NCBI GenBank assembly: GCA_951406725.2
Contig: OX597818.1
Location: 111,662,001 to 111,726,000 of the forward strand
Source: Octopus vulgaris
Lineage: Eukaryota
Direction: 5' to 3'
Length of the DNA stretch: 64,000 bases
The notes below the pieces were generated by a model that searched no databases, had not been told where the DNA came from, and was given only the letters and a program-made list of their open reading frames with translations. The position numbers and the translations under genes are program-made. Of this stretch, positions 14,012 to 27,329 are shown piece after piece (position 1 is the stretch's first letter; each line of letters opens with the position of its first letter).

Positions 14012-14046
14012 CTTTTACATTTCGAGGTATGCTCTTCAACAGAAAG
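14012..14046 (-). ncRNA. Decayed minimal hammerhead (same family as 20690-20725)
   Basis: CTTT CTGTTGA A GAGCATACCTC GAAA TG TA AAAG. Confidence 0.55.
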
Positions 14047-14064
14047 GAAAAAGAGAAAATAAAC

Positions 14065-14118
<54 letters not shown>

Positions 14119-14434
14119 AAAAACTTGTAGATTTCATAATATGATTATGATTCAGTTGAAGCACTTTGTTATGTCGATCTAATCTGCACAGCCAAACAAT
14201 ATCAGGTGGATATCAAACTCTATGCAGAAGTGTTTGCACTTGATATTCTTGCATTGTATGCAGATAACACGAACCAATTTAGTGAAGGGATCTGCTCTTG
14301 GTTGTTCAGTCATGTAGAAAAAATACTTTCTTTAATATTTCCGAAGAGCAGATTCCAAGGGCAGGTGAATAAAATATAAATGACCAACAAAGATGTACTG
14401 GTGTCATTCACCTGTACATCTTTGTTACTCATGC

Positions 14435-14469
<35 letters not shown>

Positions 14470-14545
14470 TGTGTATAAAATTAACAGAATGAGATAAAAA
14501 AAAATACAAGGTTGTGAAAGATTTTAGAACATTTATGAAGAGAAG

Positions 14546-14595
14546 GTCTTGGAGTTGTTTCCGGGATATTTTATATATATCCCTTCATCAGAGAC
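14546..14595 (-). ncRNA. Type I hammerhead motif with decayed stem III
   Basis: GTCT CTGATGA A GGGATA..TATCCC G GAAA CAACTC CA AGAC: stems I and II and both core boxes are intact; stem III and the cleavage site are broken. Confidence 0.6.
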
Positions 14596-16050
14596 GGTGC
14601 GAGAAAATGGTTAAGCAATAGTTATTATAGAGAAGATATGAAATACAGGGTAAAGAGGAGGAATAAAAACAGACATGTATATATATATATATATTTATAT
14701 ATATATACACACATGTGTATATATGTGTGTATGTGTGTGTATGTGTGTGTGTGTAAGTGACTGCGTCTATGTGAATGTATTTGTCCCCCACCCAACGCTT
14801 GGCAACCTGTGCTGATGTGTTACGTCCGGTAATCTAGCGGTTTAGCAGAGAGATCGACAGAATAAGTGTTGCGTGCTACAAAAAAAAGAACAATTCATAC
14901 TGGGATGGATTCTCTTGACTAAAATTCCTTGAACGCTGTGCCCCGGCATGGCCGCAGTCTCATGACTGAAACAATTGAAAGGTAAAATAAAAGATATGTG
15001 TGTGTGTGTGTGTGTGTTTGAGTGTGTGTGTGTGTGTGTGTGTTTGTGTGTGTATGTGTATGTATGTGTGTGTGCGTGTGTCTATTGTAATTAAAAGCAT
15101 CGGCGTTTATGTCATTTTAACCTGTGCGATATTTTCCTGTTTCTAAGAATAGCTTTCGCATCTTAATTTATTATATTATAATATGTAGTAGGTCACCTTG
15201 ATGTTGTAATGGCTTCAGATTTGACATATATGGACACGTCCAAGATACGTAGCTGCCTCGGATCTACAATGGAAAACAAAGACATCTACACTTTCTTCCT
15301 TCCTCCTGCCGCTTCGCCTCTTTCTTTTGCTCTGAACTCTTTCCACATAGCTTCATACATCTTCGAAACAAATACACACACACAACTGTTTATAGATGAA
15401 TGTCGGTGTGTGCGTGTGTGTATGAGATTTTCGAAAGGAATATATATAAATCAAATAAATTTGTTAGGTTTATCAACTCTTATATTCCACGTTCTTTGAT
15501 GTCTCTGGATACGCAAATTGCTTCCATTTGAATTCAGTTCGTGTAGCTGTAGAGAATAGGCACCTGGGCATCGGTTAATCTAGTCTGGGTGGGAACGAAG
15601 TGGATTGATAACTTATTAAATGAACGGTTGACCTTTTATCCGCAACGAACTCCTAAGTTAAGCTTTAGAATACGCAGATTCCTTCCGTAATATAGTCTAT
15701 GGCGAAACCACTAACACGAGTCATTGTTTTTTGAGATAGGGCTTCTAAAAACAACCCAAACAAACCCTATGGCTATTTTTATGATACTGTCTCCGGTAGA
15801 AAATTTTCAGACAGAATCAAAGAGTGTCAAACCAAATTATATTGTGGTATTTACGACGGTCTTTTGCTTTTTTTAGAAATATTTTATGCTCAAATCTTCA
15901 TATACATCTATCTATCTGTCTGTCTGTCTGTTTATCTATCTATCTATCTATCTATTTTCCTGAGCGTCAAACTAATTGACTTGTTGGTTGTTTCTACACC
16001 TGTCTTCGTCTTTTGTTTTTCTATAAATCTTAACTTCATACACACACACA

Positions 16051-16136
<86 letters not shown>

Positions 16137-16138
<2 letters not shown>

Positions 16139-16616
16139 CAATAATAAATCTCTGAACGATATGTAAACAGTAACTGCTCGACAACGTAAAGTATACTAGC
16201 CATCTCAATATGGCTAACCACTAAGGGTGGGTGTTACTGTAGCTTTTAGCCCCCAGGAGATCATCGTCTCCAGTTGGCTTTAGACACACTTTCTGTACCC
16301 TTATGGTATTTGCAAAGGGAGATCATCCCTCTCTCGTAAACCTAAGTGACACGCACGGACTGCTGTTTCTATGTATTTGCCTGTCTTCGACGTACGGCAG
16401 TCATCGGTTTACGATGAAAGGGAGACCTGTTTGCAAATACTTATTGTTTTTCTAGTAACTTACCGTCACTGATTTCGAAAAGCTGTCTGCAAGCAATAAT
16501 AAATCTCTGAACGAGATGTAAACAGTAACTGCTTGACAACGTAAAGTATACTAGCCATCTCAATATGGCTAACCACTAAGGGTGGGTGTTACTGTAGCTT
16601 TTAGCCCCTCGGAGAT
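16137..16616. repeat. TA-embedded element with 125-bp direct terminal repeats (period 355)
   Basis: 16137-16261 is near-identical to 16492-16616; long internal hairpin at 16306-16440. Confidence 0.85.
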
Positions 16617-16946
16617 TTATTATTGATATATATATATATCACCGTGATCACCGTGACCGACCAGGCTATCAGATGTTGCTAGACATCGCTGGTCACAATG
16701 CGCTTTGCATTGTTTTAGCCTTCAAGTGACGCCACTTGAGCAGGCCAACAGAAGAAAGAGTGAGAGAAAGTTGTGGTGAAAGAGTACAGCAGGGATCGCC
16801 ACCACCCCTTGCCGGATACTCGTGGAGCTTTAGGTGCTTTCGCTCAATAAACACTCACAACGCCCGGTCGGGGAATCGAAACCGCGATCCTACGACCGCG
16901 AGTCCACTGCCCTAACCACTGCGCCTCCACACACACACACACACAC

Positions 16947-16977
<31 letters not shown>

Positions 16978-17549
16978 CATACATACATACATACATACAT
17001 ACATACATACATAAATACTGTTGACTCATTCGTATTGTGTGTAAAAGAAACCTCCAAGTGTGAATAAATTACAGTGAAATATGAAAATATCTCCGTCTCA
17101 TTAATATGTATGTTCCCTTCTATTTCCCAGACACCACCTCGCTGACGTTGTGTGCTCGGCTCTGTTTTCTTCTCGTTTTATGGATGTTTTCACTCCACTT
17201 CCATCTGAAGATATGACTATGTCAGAGAGATATAGCTATTTAAATAATTCGGACATTTACAATATCCTTGATCGTTTCCCCACCATTATTCTTCCGACTG
17301 TGGCCAATATGTGTTGCTGAACTCCAGCCTGACCTCGCCACTTCAGTTCGATTCTCTGTTAGCTTTCTATAATGACGAATTAACGTAATATTGCTATCAT
17401 TCTGAATATCACATTCATGTGGCTGACTCACAATGACTCAGTCTCTAACAAGCAATATCGCCCAAGTGGATGGAATGCTTGCTCGAATAATATCGATTTA
17501 TTGTGTCGGCTGCCAGTATCATTACTATTATCATTATTATTATTGTTGC

Positions 17550-17589
<40 letters not shown>

Positions 17590-17954
17590 ATTATTATTAT
17601 TATTATAATTATTATTATTATTATTATTATTATTGTTATTATTTATTCATTTATTTATTTATTTATTTACCAATTTGTTTTATTACATTTAGAGACGCTT
17701 GTAAATCTATGAAATTCTTCTCAGAAATACTTGTCTGTCAGGAAATATTTATCAGGATGTTTTCACATGAATCTCTCATCCTCTCTCTCTCTCTCTCTCT
17801 CTCTCAGTCAATATCGCTTTTGCCTTTCTTTCTCTATCTCTGTATTTATCAGCTTATGTCTCTCTCCGTCTAACGTTTTAGTTCTGTCTTTATTTGTCTT
17901 TCTCACAAACTGTGTGCGTGTATATGTAAACATACTTACAGAATTACACAGAAG

Positions 17955-17985
<31 letters not shown>

Positions 17986-18544
17986 TAATAAGCAAATAAA
18001 TAGATAACCGGACATATAAATACACACAAAGAGACATAGGTAAAAGATAAGTGAACAGAGAAGTACACACGCACACATACATACACAGCTTGTCAAACCG
18101 GTCCAAGACCGTTTTACTCTGGAAGATCCGATGTGTGCAACCATTTCTTAAGGCCCGAAAAAGTGGCTGCACGCGATGGGAACGCCAGATTAATAGAACA
18201 TTATCGGCTTTAGTAAACTAATGAACAAGTTTTCTTCCCACACACATGCATATATATATATATATAAAAACATATACATTTACACATATATGAATACAAA
18301 CACACACACATATACATATACAGTTTGAAAACTAGGGGTGTAATGGTTACGAATTAATTAATTAACATATTCACCTACAATTGTTTCATTTCACAACCAA
18401 AATTGAAACTACAAAACATATATACATATATAACTTTGCATTTTAAAATACCTCGGATGGTATTTTAAAAAGCAGAGGGCAGCGGTATTCTAGGTGTGGT
18501 CGTACGTAGAAAAGAAGAGGAGGGGATAATGAAATCTTGCTCTC

Positions 18545-19550
18545 TGAACCAGAAAGTTCTGAGAGACATGTTTCTCTTCTTGAAGAACGGGATGACAGAT
18601 TGGAATAAGAACTGTTTCAGTGTAATAGTCTGTGTCTAAAGAATTTATCTAGAGGTTGATTACAAAGATTGTAAATTAGTGTGTACATTCCTTGAAGACT
18701 CTAACAGCGAATCTATCACGGCCTACAACAGAATTATTACTTCATGTCATTTATTGCAGCTGTGATGTCCGAGGCAGTAAAAGTTATGTCCGAGGTAATT
18801 TATTCCTTTACTATCCACAAGGGGCTAAACACAGAGAGGACAAACAAGGACAGACACACGGATTAAGTCGATTACATCGACACCGGTGTGTAAACTGGTA
18901 CTTAATTAATCGACCCCGAAAGGATGAAAGGCAAAGTCGACCTTGACGGAATTTGAACTCAGAACGTAACGGCAGACGAAATACGGCTACACATTTCGCC
19001 CGGCATGCTAGCGTTTCTGCCAGCTCGCCGCCTTCTAAAGAAATACGCTTAGCAGAGTGTAGTTATGTCCGAGATAATATATTCGTCACATCACTTGCGT
19101 CAGAATATCAGTAGGGTCACTAAAAATAGGGCAGGATTACCACTCCAGCACGTCTGCCATTTCTTTAGCGTCATGTTGGAGAATGCTGTGTTCTTCAATC
19201 AATGAACCAACGAATGAGACAACGGTCCTATTCTTGTTGGCATCTGAATAACACACTTTCAGGTTCTCTGTTTGATCTTTTTAATTAACCACTCTTCCTC
19301 TGCAGCTCTTTTGTTGTCGATGAGAGTTTTCAAGCTGATCTCCAAAGGATATTTTTTTCTCAAACTTTCTTATTCTTCTTGAATGTGGATGCTGTTGGTT
19401 GTAGGATTTTAATTGGTTGATTTTTCTTCTTAAGTCTTTTGATTCTGGTGATGAGAGTTGTTTTCCCCTTTCTCTGGAACCTGTTTTTGTGAGTTCCATA
19501 GGAGCGCGTTTTGGACATGAATATGACAATGCTCTCAAATCGCAAAACGA
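18545..19550 (-). pseudogene. Decayed CR1/L2-type LINE ORF2 fragment (inter-domain region and RT N-terminus), split by a SINE
   Basis: Manual minus-strand translation across stops and frameshifts gives CYSDANKNRTVVSFVGSLIEEHSILQHDAKEMADVL..PIFSDP, then NNSVVGRDRFAVRVFKEC...NSLDT...QSVIPFFKKRN. This resembles the typical GPL..MAEIL..SVFS and GPDG..LKEC..VIPIFKKG segments. Confidence 0.65.
18800..19033 (-). mobile_element. SINE family C monomer with LINE-like tail and 18-bp TSD
   Basis: Flanked by AGTTATGTCCGAG(G/A)TAAT at 18782-18799 and 19061-19078. Confidence 0.85.
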
Positions 19551-19725
19551 ATTGTAACTGTTATACAAAGGGCCAGCCTTGTCACTTTCTGTATCTCGCC
19601 GAATCGTTAAGGGTACGCATGTCTGTGGAGTACTCAACCACTTGCGCGTTAAATTCACGAGTAGGCTGTTCTTTTGACTGCATCAACTGGAACCCTGTTT
19701 TTCGTAGTCAAGGGAATGCTAGTTT

Positions 19726-19759
<34 letters not shown>

Positions 19760-19882
19760 TGTATGTATGTATGTATGTATGTATGTATGTATGTATGTAT
19801 GTATGTATGTATGTATGTATGTATGTATGTATATACTGTTCCAGTACCATAGTAGCATGAAACTATTAGTAGCTCTTACATT

Positions 19883-20033
19883 TGGCGTGGCTCTCTGGTG
19901 AGAAGTCCCCAACCACATGGTTCCGGGTTCAGTCCTACTGCGGGGCACCTTGGACATGTTCTTCTACTATAACCTCGGGCCGACCAAAGCTTTGTAAGTG
20001 GATTTGGTAGACGGACACTGAAAGAAGCCCGTC

Positions 20034-20109
<76 letters not shown>

Positions 20110-20340
20110 ATCTATGTGCGTGTGTCTTTGCTTCTGTGTTCGTCCGCGCATCACTGCTTGACAAACATTGTTAGTGTTTATGTCCCTGTAAGTTAGCGGT
20201 TCGGCAAAAAGATACCGATTAAATAAGTACTAGGCTTTAAAAACTAAGTCCTGGAGTCGTTTTATCCTACTAAAATCTTTGAGGCGGTGCTCCAGAATGG
20301 CCGCAGTAAAATGACTGAAACAGGTAACGGAATAATCGAA
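19883..20340 (+). mobile_element. SINE family A, near full length
   Basis: Head, CORE-like segment, internal (TA)n(GT)n and tail all present. Confidence 0.85.
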
Positions 20341-20560
20341 TAATAGAAAACGGAGATTGGGAAGTTAATGATTCTTTAATACTAACCACAAATCAATCAT
20401 CATCCCTTACAGCTATTTCAATTAATACTACTTGAATATTTATGGAAATTAATTCCCCCAAAATATTAGGTATTGAACCAGTATTATTTCTTTGGGTGAA
20501 ACTGTCTCTTCATGAGGCTAACACAACCTCTAATCGAATTTATATATATACAAACTGCCG

Positions 20561-20595
<35 letters not shown>

Positions 20596-20689
20596 GTAAT
20601 TTACACACACAAAAAAAAACACAAGACGAAGACAGATATATAAACAACAAACAGATGTATTAGTTTAACCCTCGGGAAGGTGAGAAAGT

Positions 20690-20725
20690 CTTTTACGTTT
20701 CGAGCCTACGCTCTTCAACAGAAAG
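20690..20725 (-). ncRNA. Minimal type I hammerhead, A6U core variant
   Basis: CTTT CTGTTGA A GAGC GTAG GCTC GAAA CG TA AAAG; palindromic ACGT stem III. Confidence 0.7.
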
Positions 20726-21023
20726 GAACACGAGAAAATAAACAGAGAGAGAATTATAAAAAGCTTTAGTGGCTAGCGTTCGATCATATATATATATTAA
20801 TTATATTTAATTATATCCATGAAACGTACGTAGTTTTTTTATTTATTATATATTGATTATTTATTTTTATACTCTTTGTGATCTAGTTATATGTTTTATA
20901 AAAATATATTTTATTTTTTATTTATAATTTGATTTATGTCTATCATTGTTTGAATTGCATAATAGTGGCTTTTTTCTCTAATTTATATTATACTATATCA
21001 TATTATATTATATTATATTATAT

Positions 21024-21099
<76 letters not shown>

Positions 21100-21581
21100 G
21101 AGAGAGAGAGGGATGGAGAAAGAAAGATAGCTTTGTAATATACTTATATATACATGTTTAAAAGGTGAGTGAGGTGGGTAGGAGTGGAAGAGCCATTGAC
21201 AAATAGGCAGATAAACAAGGACGTAGATAAATAAAGAGATAGACAGTGTCTGAATTAGTAAAGAACTTGTTTGAAGTTCGTTTATTGAGCGACGAACGTA
21301 CGTGATCTTACATCAGACGCTAACAATTGTTTTTGTTTTCACGAACGCAAATATTAATACATAAACAGGGAAAATTCTACGCACGTTTCACTAACACTCT
21401 ACACAAAATGGATAAACAGATTTTAGACACTTTGCTGCACATGTGTCACTAATGTCGTTGAGAAAGCCAGAAATATTTATGCACATCTATGTTCCGTTAT
21501 CTTCAAAATCATTTTATGGAATCAGTGTTGGAAAGATAACTTGAAAGTTATAAAATATACTTTCTTTATTACTCAGATATA

Positions 21582-22045
21582 GGCACAGGCTTGGCTGTCT
21601 AGTAAGAAGTTTCTTCCCCAACCACATAGTTCTGGGTTCAGTCCCACTGCGTAGCACCTTGTGCAAGTGTCTTGTACTATGGCTTCGGGCCGACCAAAGC
21701 CTTGTGAGTGAATTTGGTAGAAGGGAAACAGAAAGAAGCCCGTCGTATATATGTACATATATATATATGTGTGCGTGTGCTTGTGTGTGTGTTTCTGTGT
21801 GTGTGTATGTGTGTGTGTATGTGTCTCTGTGTGTGTTTGTGTGTCTGTGTTTGTCCCCCACCCAGCATCACTTGACAAACGATGCTGGCGTGTTTACATC
21901 CCCGTCACTTAGCGGTTCGGCAAAAAAGACCGATAAAATAAGTACTAGGCTTACAAAGAATTAGTCCTGGAGACGATTTCTTCGACTAAAGGCGGTGCTC
22001 CACCATAGCCGCAGTCAAATTATAGAAACAAGTAAAAGAATAGAA
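21582..22045 (+). mobile_element. SINE family A, full length
   Basis: All segments present. Confidence 0.85.
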
Positions 22046-22281
22046 GAACAAAAGAATGTGTGTGTGTGTGTGTGCATATATATGTAAATATATGTGCGGG
22101 AATGAATGTGTTTTCACCTCTTTAACTTAGCAGTTCGCCAAAAGACACCGATAGAATAAGTAACAAGCCTAAAAAATAAAAATAAGTACAGGCGTCTATT
22201 CCTTTGGCTAAGATTCTTCAAGTCTGTCTCATGGGAACGTTCGTCCCGAAATTGAGACGACTACCAACGTTCCCATATGGC

Positions 22282-22333
22282 AGGCTTGATAATTGTTAAG
22301 AGATCCGCCTTAACATGAAACCATTGGTAGCCT
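22282..22333 (+). ncRNA. Type I hammerhead, U3-A8 core variant
   Basis: AGGC TTGATAA T TGTTAAG agatccgc CTTAACA T GAAA CCATTGG TA GCCT; all three stems pair; predicted cut after 22329. Confidence 0.7.
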
Positions 22334-22424
22334 TGTTAACTCACAAGCATGGAATATTTATCAACTAATGCAGTGTTAAACGCTCATTCTCACTATTCGA
22401 TATTAGTGCATACACAAACACAAG

Positions 22425-22467
<43 letters not shown>

Positions 22468-22508
22468 ACATTCATATATATATATATAAACACATACACA
22501 CAAAGATA

Positions 22509-22637
<129 letters not shown>

Positions 22638-23142
22638 GTGCTAATGTCGAACATATATATGGGATTAAATTTAAAATTATTTCCGTTTCATTGTTTCCAA
22701 TTACTTTTTCTAAAACAACCCGTCGCGTGTTGTGACAGTGATTGATTCACTGTCGTATATAAAGTTCAGAACAGAAAACTAATGTTATACCAAATGTGTG
22801 TGTGTGTGTGTGTGGTCAATATGGTATGTGTTTTGTTTTTTATTTTTTATTTTTTACTCTTGATTATAAATTACTCGCTAAATTTACGGCACAAAAAAAG
22901 AAAAAGAAGAAAAGTGCATTGCCATGTTGATCAAAATGCCTGCTACTCCAGCCTTTGCAAAACCACATACTACAGCCTACTGTAATTATAAACTTGTTAC
23001 TTTCTCTCGCATACATTTGACATCTCCGATTGTCACTTTACCAACTCTACAGCTGCAGTTTCAGCTTCTCTCTACAAGTATGATCACTAACAAAAAAAAA
23101 ATAAAAGACTGTACTTTGCTATATTTATTATTATTTTCAATT

Positions 23143-23210
<68 letters not shown>

Positions 23211-23218
23211 TGCCTTAA

Positions 23219-23260
<42 letters not shown>

Positions 23261-23290
23261 TACTATTATTATTATTGTTATTATTATTTG

Positions 23291-23344
<54 letters not shown>

Positions 23345-23351
23345 CATTATT

Positions 23352-23548
23352 GAGTGAGAGAGTATTGCATGCCATCAAAGTGACACTAGACTAAAATATA
23401 CGAAGCCCAGTATACCCATCATGACTACCCGTCTGATAAGGTTACACCAGGCACATGCATCACAACCATATGTGCGCGACATGGTGATCCCATATCAAGA
23501 TAAACAGCAGATGACCTTGCAGGTGGGGCCCAGTTAGAATTTTCTTCT
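23352..23548. repeat. Unclassified interspersed insert within a long (ATT)n tract
   Basis: About 200 bp of mixed sequence bounded on both sides by (ATT)n; class not determined. Confidence 0.4.
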
Positions 23549-23573
23549 TATTAATTATTATTATTATAATTAC

Positions 23574-23626
<53 letters not shown>

Positions 23627-23699
23627 GTTTTATTTTATTTTTATTTTTATTATAATTATTATTATTACTATTCTTCTTCTTCTTCTTCTTCTTCTTCTT

Positions 23700-23780
<81 letters not shown>

Positions 23781-24955
23781 ATAATAATAATAATATTGTT
23801 GTTGTTGTTCCTTTTGCTGTTGTTGTTATTTCTATCATCATCATCATCATCATCGTCATCATCATTACCATCATCAACATCGTCATCGCCGTCATCATCA
23901 TCATCATCATCATAATCATCATCACCATCATCATCATCATTAGTAGTTAGAAATCGCATTTTAATTAATATCGAAACACTTTGATTCCTACTGAAATCTA
24001 AAAAAGCTGAATATATTTAGAACAAGTTTTCGGAGGAAATGAGAAATCATTACAAAACAGTAATCTTAATTAAAACGGCCACAATGACACACAACCCGAA
24101 CAAAACCTCAACGGTAATTCTAATGATGATGATGTGGAGCGAAATAATAACAATGAAATAATAAATTAGTATAACACCATACCATCGCTAATGACGACGA
24201 AAACAACAGCAGCAGCAGCCGCCCAAGAATTTGGTCCTGGAGATCTCCATTTCCAGCGACTTCGAGGGCCACCTCCCAGTGGTGTCACGCGTCAACGAAG
24301 AGCCCTCGTCTACAACAAAATGACCAAGGTTTTTTTTTCCAAGGTTTGGGGTCTCCCGCCCCTAAGCCCTAGACCATCACCTAATCACCCTTACCCGTCT
24401 TCTTGCTTAACAGTAACAGCAACAACAACAGGAGCAGTGGAGGCGCAATGGCCCAGTGGTTAGGGCATCGGACTCGCAGTCGTAAGAACGCGGTTTCGAT
24501 TCCCAGACCGAGCATTGTGAGTATTTATTGAGCAAAAACACCTAAGGTCCACGGCGGAGGGTGGTGATGAACCTCGCTGTACTCTTTCACCACAACTTTC
24601 TCTCACTCTTTCTTCCTACTTCTTCCACAAATCAGAGGAACCATGGTGTAACCCACTATGGTGTGGTAAACTTTCAGATCCTAGTCTAGATTGCGAATCC
24701 TCTGTACCCCATTATGGTTCAGCTCTCCACCCGTTAAAAGCCACCGTTTATGGAATGAGGATAAGAACGTAGCTTTAATGCCCGTGCAACCACCAGTCTA
24801 TCGCGTGTGGTGGGTGGATCTTCAAGTTGCCACACGCATTCTTAGTAGCTTAGAGTAGGCTCGAATTAGAGATTATTCTTTGTGGCTAATGGCGTGAGTC
24901 TTGATTGGAAGAAGCAAAAGAAGAAGAAGAAGAAGAAGAAGAAGAAGAAGAAGAC

Positions 24956-24987
<32 letters not shown>

Positions 24988-25118
24988 AGAAGAAGAAGAA
25001 GAAGAACAACAACAACAACAACAATGGTAAAACTAACAGTGGTAATAAGAGCAACCTCTGACTTTGGTACAAAACTATAAAGCTAGTAATTGGTGGAAGA
25101 ATAACAGAGAGGTAGTGT

Positions 25119-25445
25119 AGGCGCGTGGCTAAGTGGTTAGGGTATTTGACCTCACGGTCGTAAGGTCATGAGTTCGATTTCAAGCGGTGCATTGTGTTCT
25201 TGAGCAAGTCACTTTTCTTCATGCTGCTCCACTTCTCTCAGCTGGCAAAAATGAGTTGTACCTGTATTTCAAGGGGACAGCCCTCGTCACATTCTGTGTC
25301 ACGTCACCCTGAATCTCCCTGAGAACTACGTTAAGGGTACACGTGTCTGTGGAGTACTCAGCCACTTGCTCATTAATTTCACGCGCTGTCTGTTCCGTTG
25401 ATCGGATCAGCTGGAATCTTCGACTTCGTAACCGGTGGAGTGCCA
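25119..25445 (+). mobile_element. Chimeric SINE: tRNA head, CORE-like segment, then family B 3' half
   Basis: GTTCTTGAGCAAGTCACTTT core (shared with 38778-39090) joined to the family B tail TGTACCTGTATTTCAA...GGAGTGCC. Confidence 0.75.
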
Positions 25446-27329
25446 GATTAGAGTACAGATGGTCTCAGACTACCAATTGCTAGAATAATTCCTCCTTCGA
25501 AACTTAGAGGGAGTATCTACCAATTGTTTATATTTTCCTTCTCTGTAGCGTTGGATAACCTTAAATAGCTCAAAGTCATTCAATTTCAACAAACGTAGCA
25601 ATCTGCACGCTCCACTCCCAATATTTAATCATTGTAGCGGGGGTTCAAAACCGAATCCCTGGATATACGGTCAAACATCTCAACTGAATCACATTAGTTA
25701 CATGTGATTGGTCTATTAAGCAACCAATCAGCGTCAAGATTCAGTCCTCTAGAATTCTTTTGTGCCCCATAAAAGACGACTTTTGGCGGTAATTAATTGT
25801 ACAATATTAAGCAGAAGAGCGGTATGTGCCTCCATTCTTGCAACACCAGACGTCCCACGCAGATGGCTCAGATTACAAAGAACCACCGTCAGCACTAATA
25901 TAGCACAATTGTTTCCAGTTATGTTGGGGCAGCCACATGTTGCATCAGAAGGTTGCCATAAATTCCAGGTAGTATCTCCCCCACAGAATATAATCATCGC
26001 TGTTGTTATTTGTAAAAGGCCAACGCAGTTTGTCTTTGTGTGTGATAATAAAATCTACTGCTCGCAGATGTTGTTCAGTTAGTTTCCCACGGTGACCAAG
26101 AGACATTTTCATTCATTAACTCAATCAGATCAGCCAACAGACACCCAAGGGGCACCGCTTTACGAGAAACACCAGCATAGTTAATTCGACTTCGCTGTTT
26201 ACTCATTTATATTCCATCGGCCAATGAAGGTGGGAAAAGCAAAGTCTACCGTGGCTGGATTTAAAATTGAATACGTAAAGGGCTGTAAGTTCATACACGG
26301 CAATAACAATTGTTTCGGTCGAACCGTGAAGCGTAACACAATTTCACAGTTCCCTGAATGTCTACTTAAATCTCATTGCTGCCTCTTTTATGCCATGGGA
26401 TGTGTATATTGATGCAAATCCTTCAAATACAGTCAAATATATTTACCACGTTCAAAATTCTTTCCATTCTGCCGTTGATCAGACTTATTCACTATAGCAT
26501 TTAATTACTTTCAACTAATTAAAATTCCGATGTTTCTTGACCGGTATTAGACATTTAGATAATGATTTGTTCTCATTAATAAAGGTGAAAATTTAATTAA
26601 TTAATTAATATTTCTTGGTTTACTACACCATTTTGTTATCATCCAATTTAGTATGATTTTGTATACTGGTTTGATAGCTTTAACACAACATCAGCTAACT
26701 CGAATGTTCACAGAAACAAAACAATTATACTAAAAATTTCAGAAAAAAACACATAAAAAAGAGAAACTTTGGTAGTGTTTGGCAAAGAGCCACAAGAGAG
26801 AATGGGCACTTTAAATTCTATTTGTAAAATGTACAAAAATTTAAACGTGGAAAAGAATGATGCAGTATCTGCAATCGATAAACTGGAATGAAGTGAAAAT
26901 TGTGTGAACATAAATGGAAGCTGGGATTATCTCTCCCGGTTTCAAATAAAATCAGGAATGTTATGGCAGTCTCGGGAGAAATACATTTTCAAAAAACACT
27001 GATGCTGTACACCTGAATCCCATTGAAACACGAGAAAATGGATTGATCAACTTAAGCGGCAAGAAATTTCACACAAAAAAGACGACCTCATTCTAAAGGA
27101 AGGACATGCTGCGGGATGAAGTTCTTAGTGTAGAAAATGGAGAGAAAAGAAAAGTGACCGCCGCTGGAAGGTTTCGGATCACAGCTCTTCTCAATAAGGT
27201 ATAGAGGACGACAATTGCAGCAGAAGCAACAACGAAATATTGATGAGAAAATGAAAGTTATTATTGTGTGAATGCCTCGAAAAAAAAAAAGGAAAATAGA
27301 TAGAGAGGGACAGTTTCTGTTACTCAAGG

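Noticed and set aside
16215-16285. Superficial resemblance to a pistol ribozyme (TAAGGG...TTTAGCCC...hairpin-GT)
   Set aside because: The pseudoknot and P1 pairing are incomplete and the conserved linker is missing.
24436-24510. tRNA genes at SINE heads (also 3640-3710, 16860-16930, 60460-60532)
   Set aside because: A/B boxes are present but acceptor stems do not pair, and the sequences continue into SINE bodies.
25749-26110. Overlapping 82- and 106-aa ORFs in unique sequence
   Set aside because: No recognisable domain in any frame I translated and no clear splice sites.
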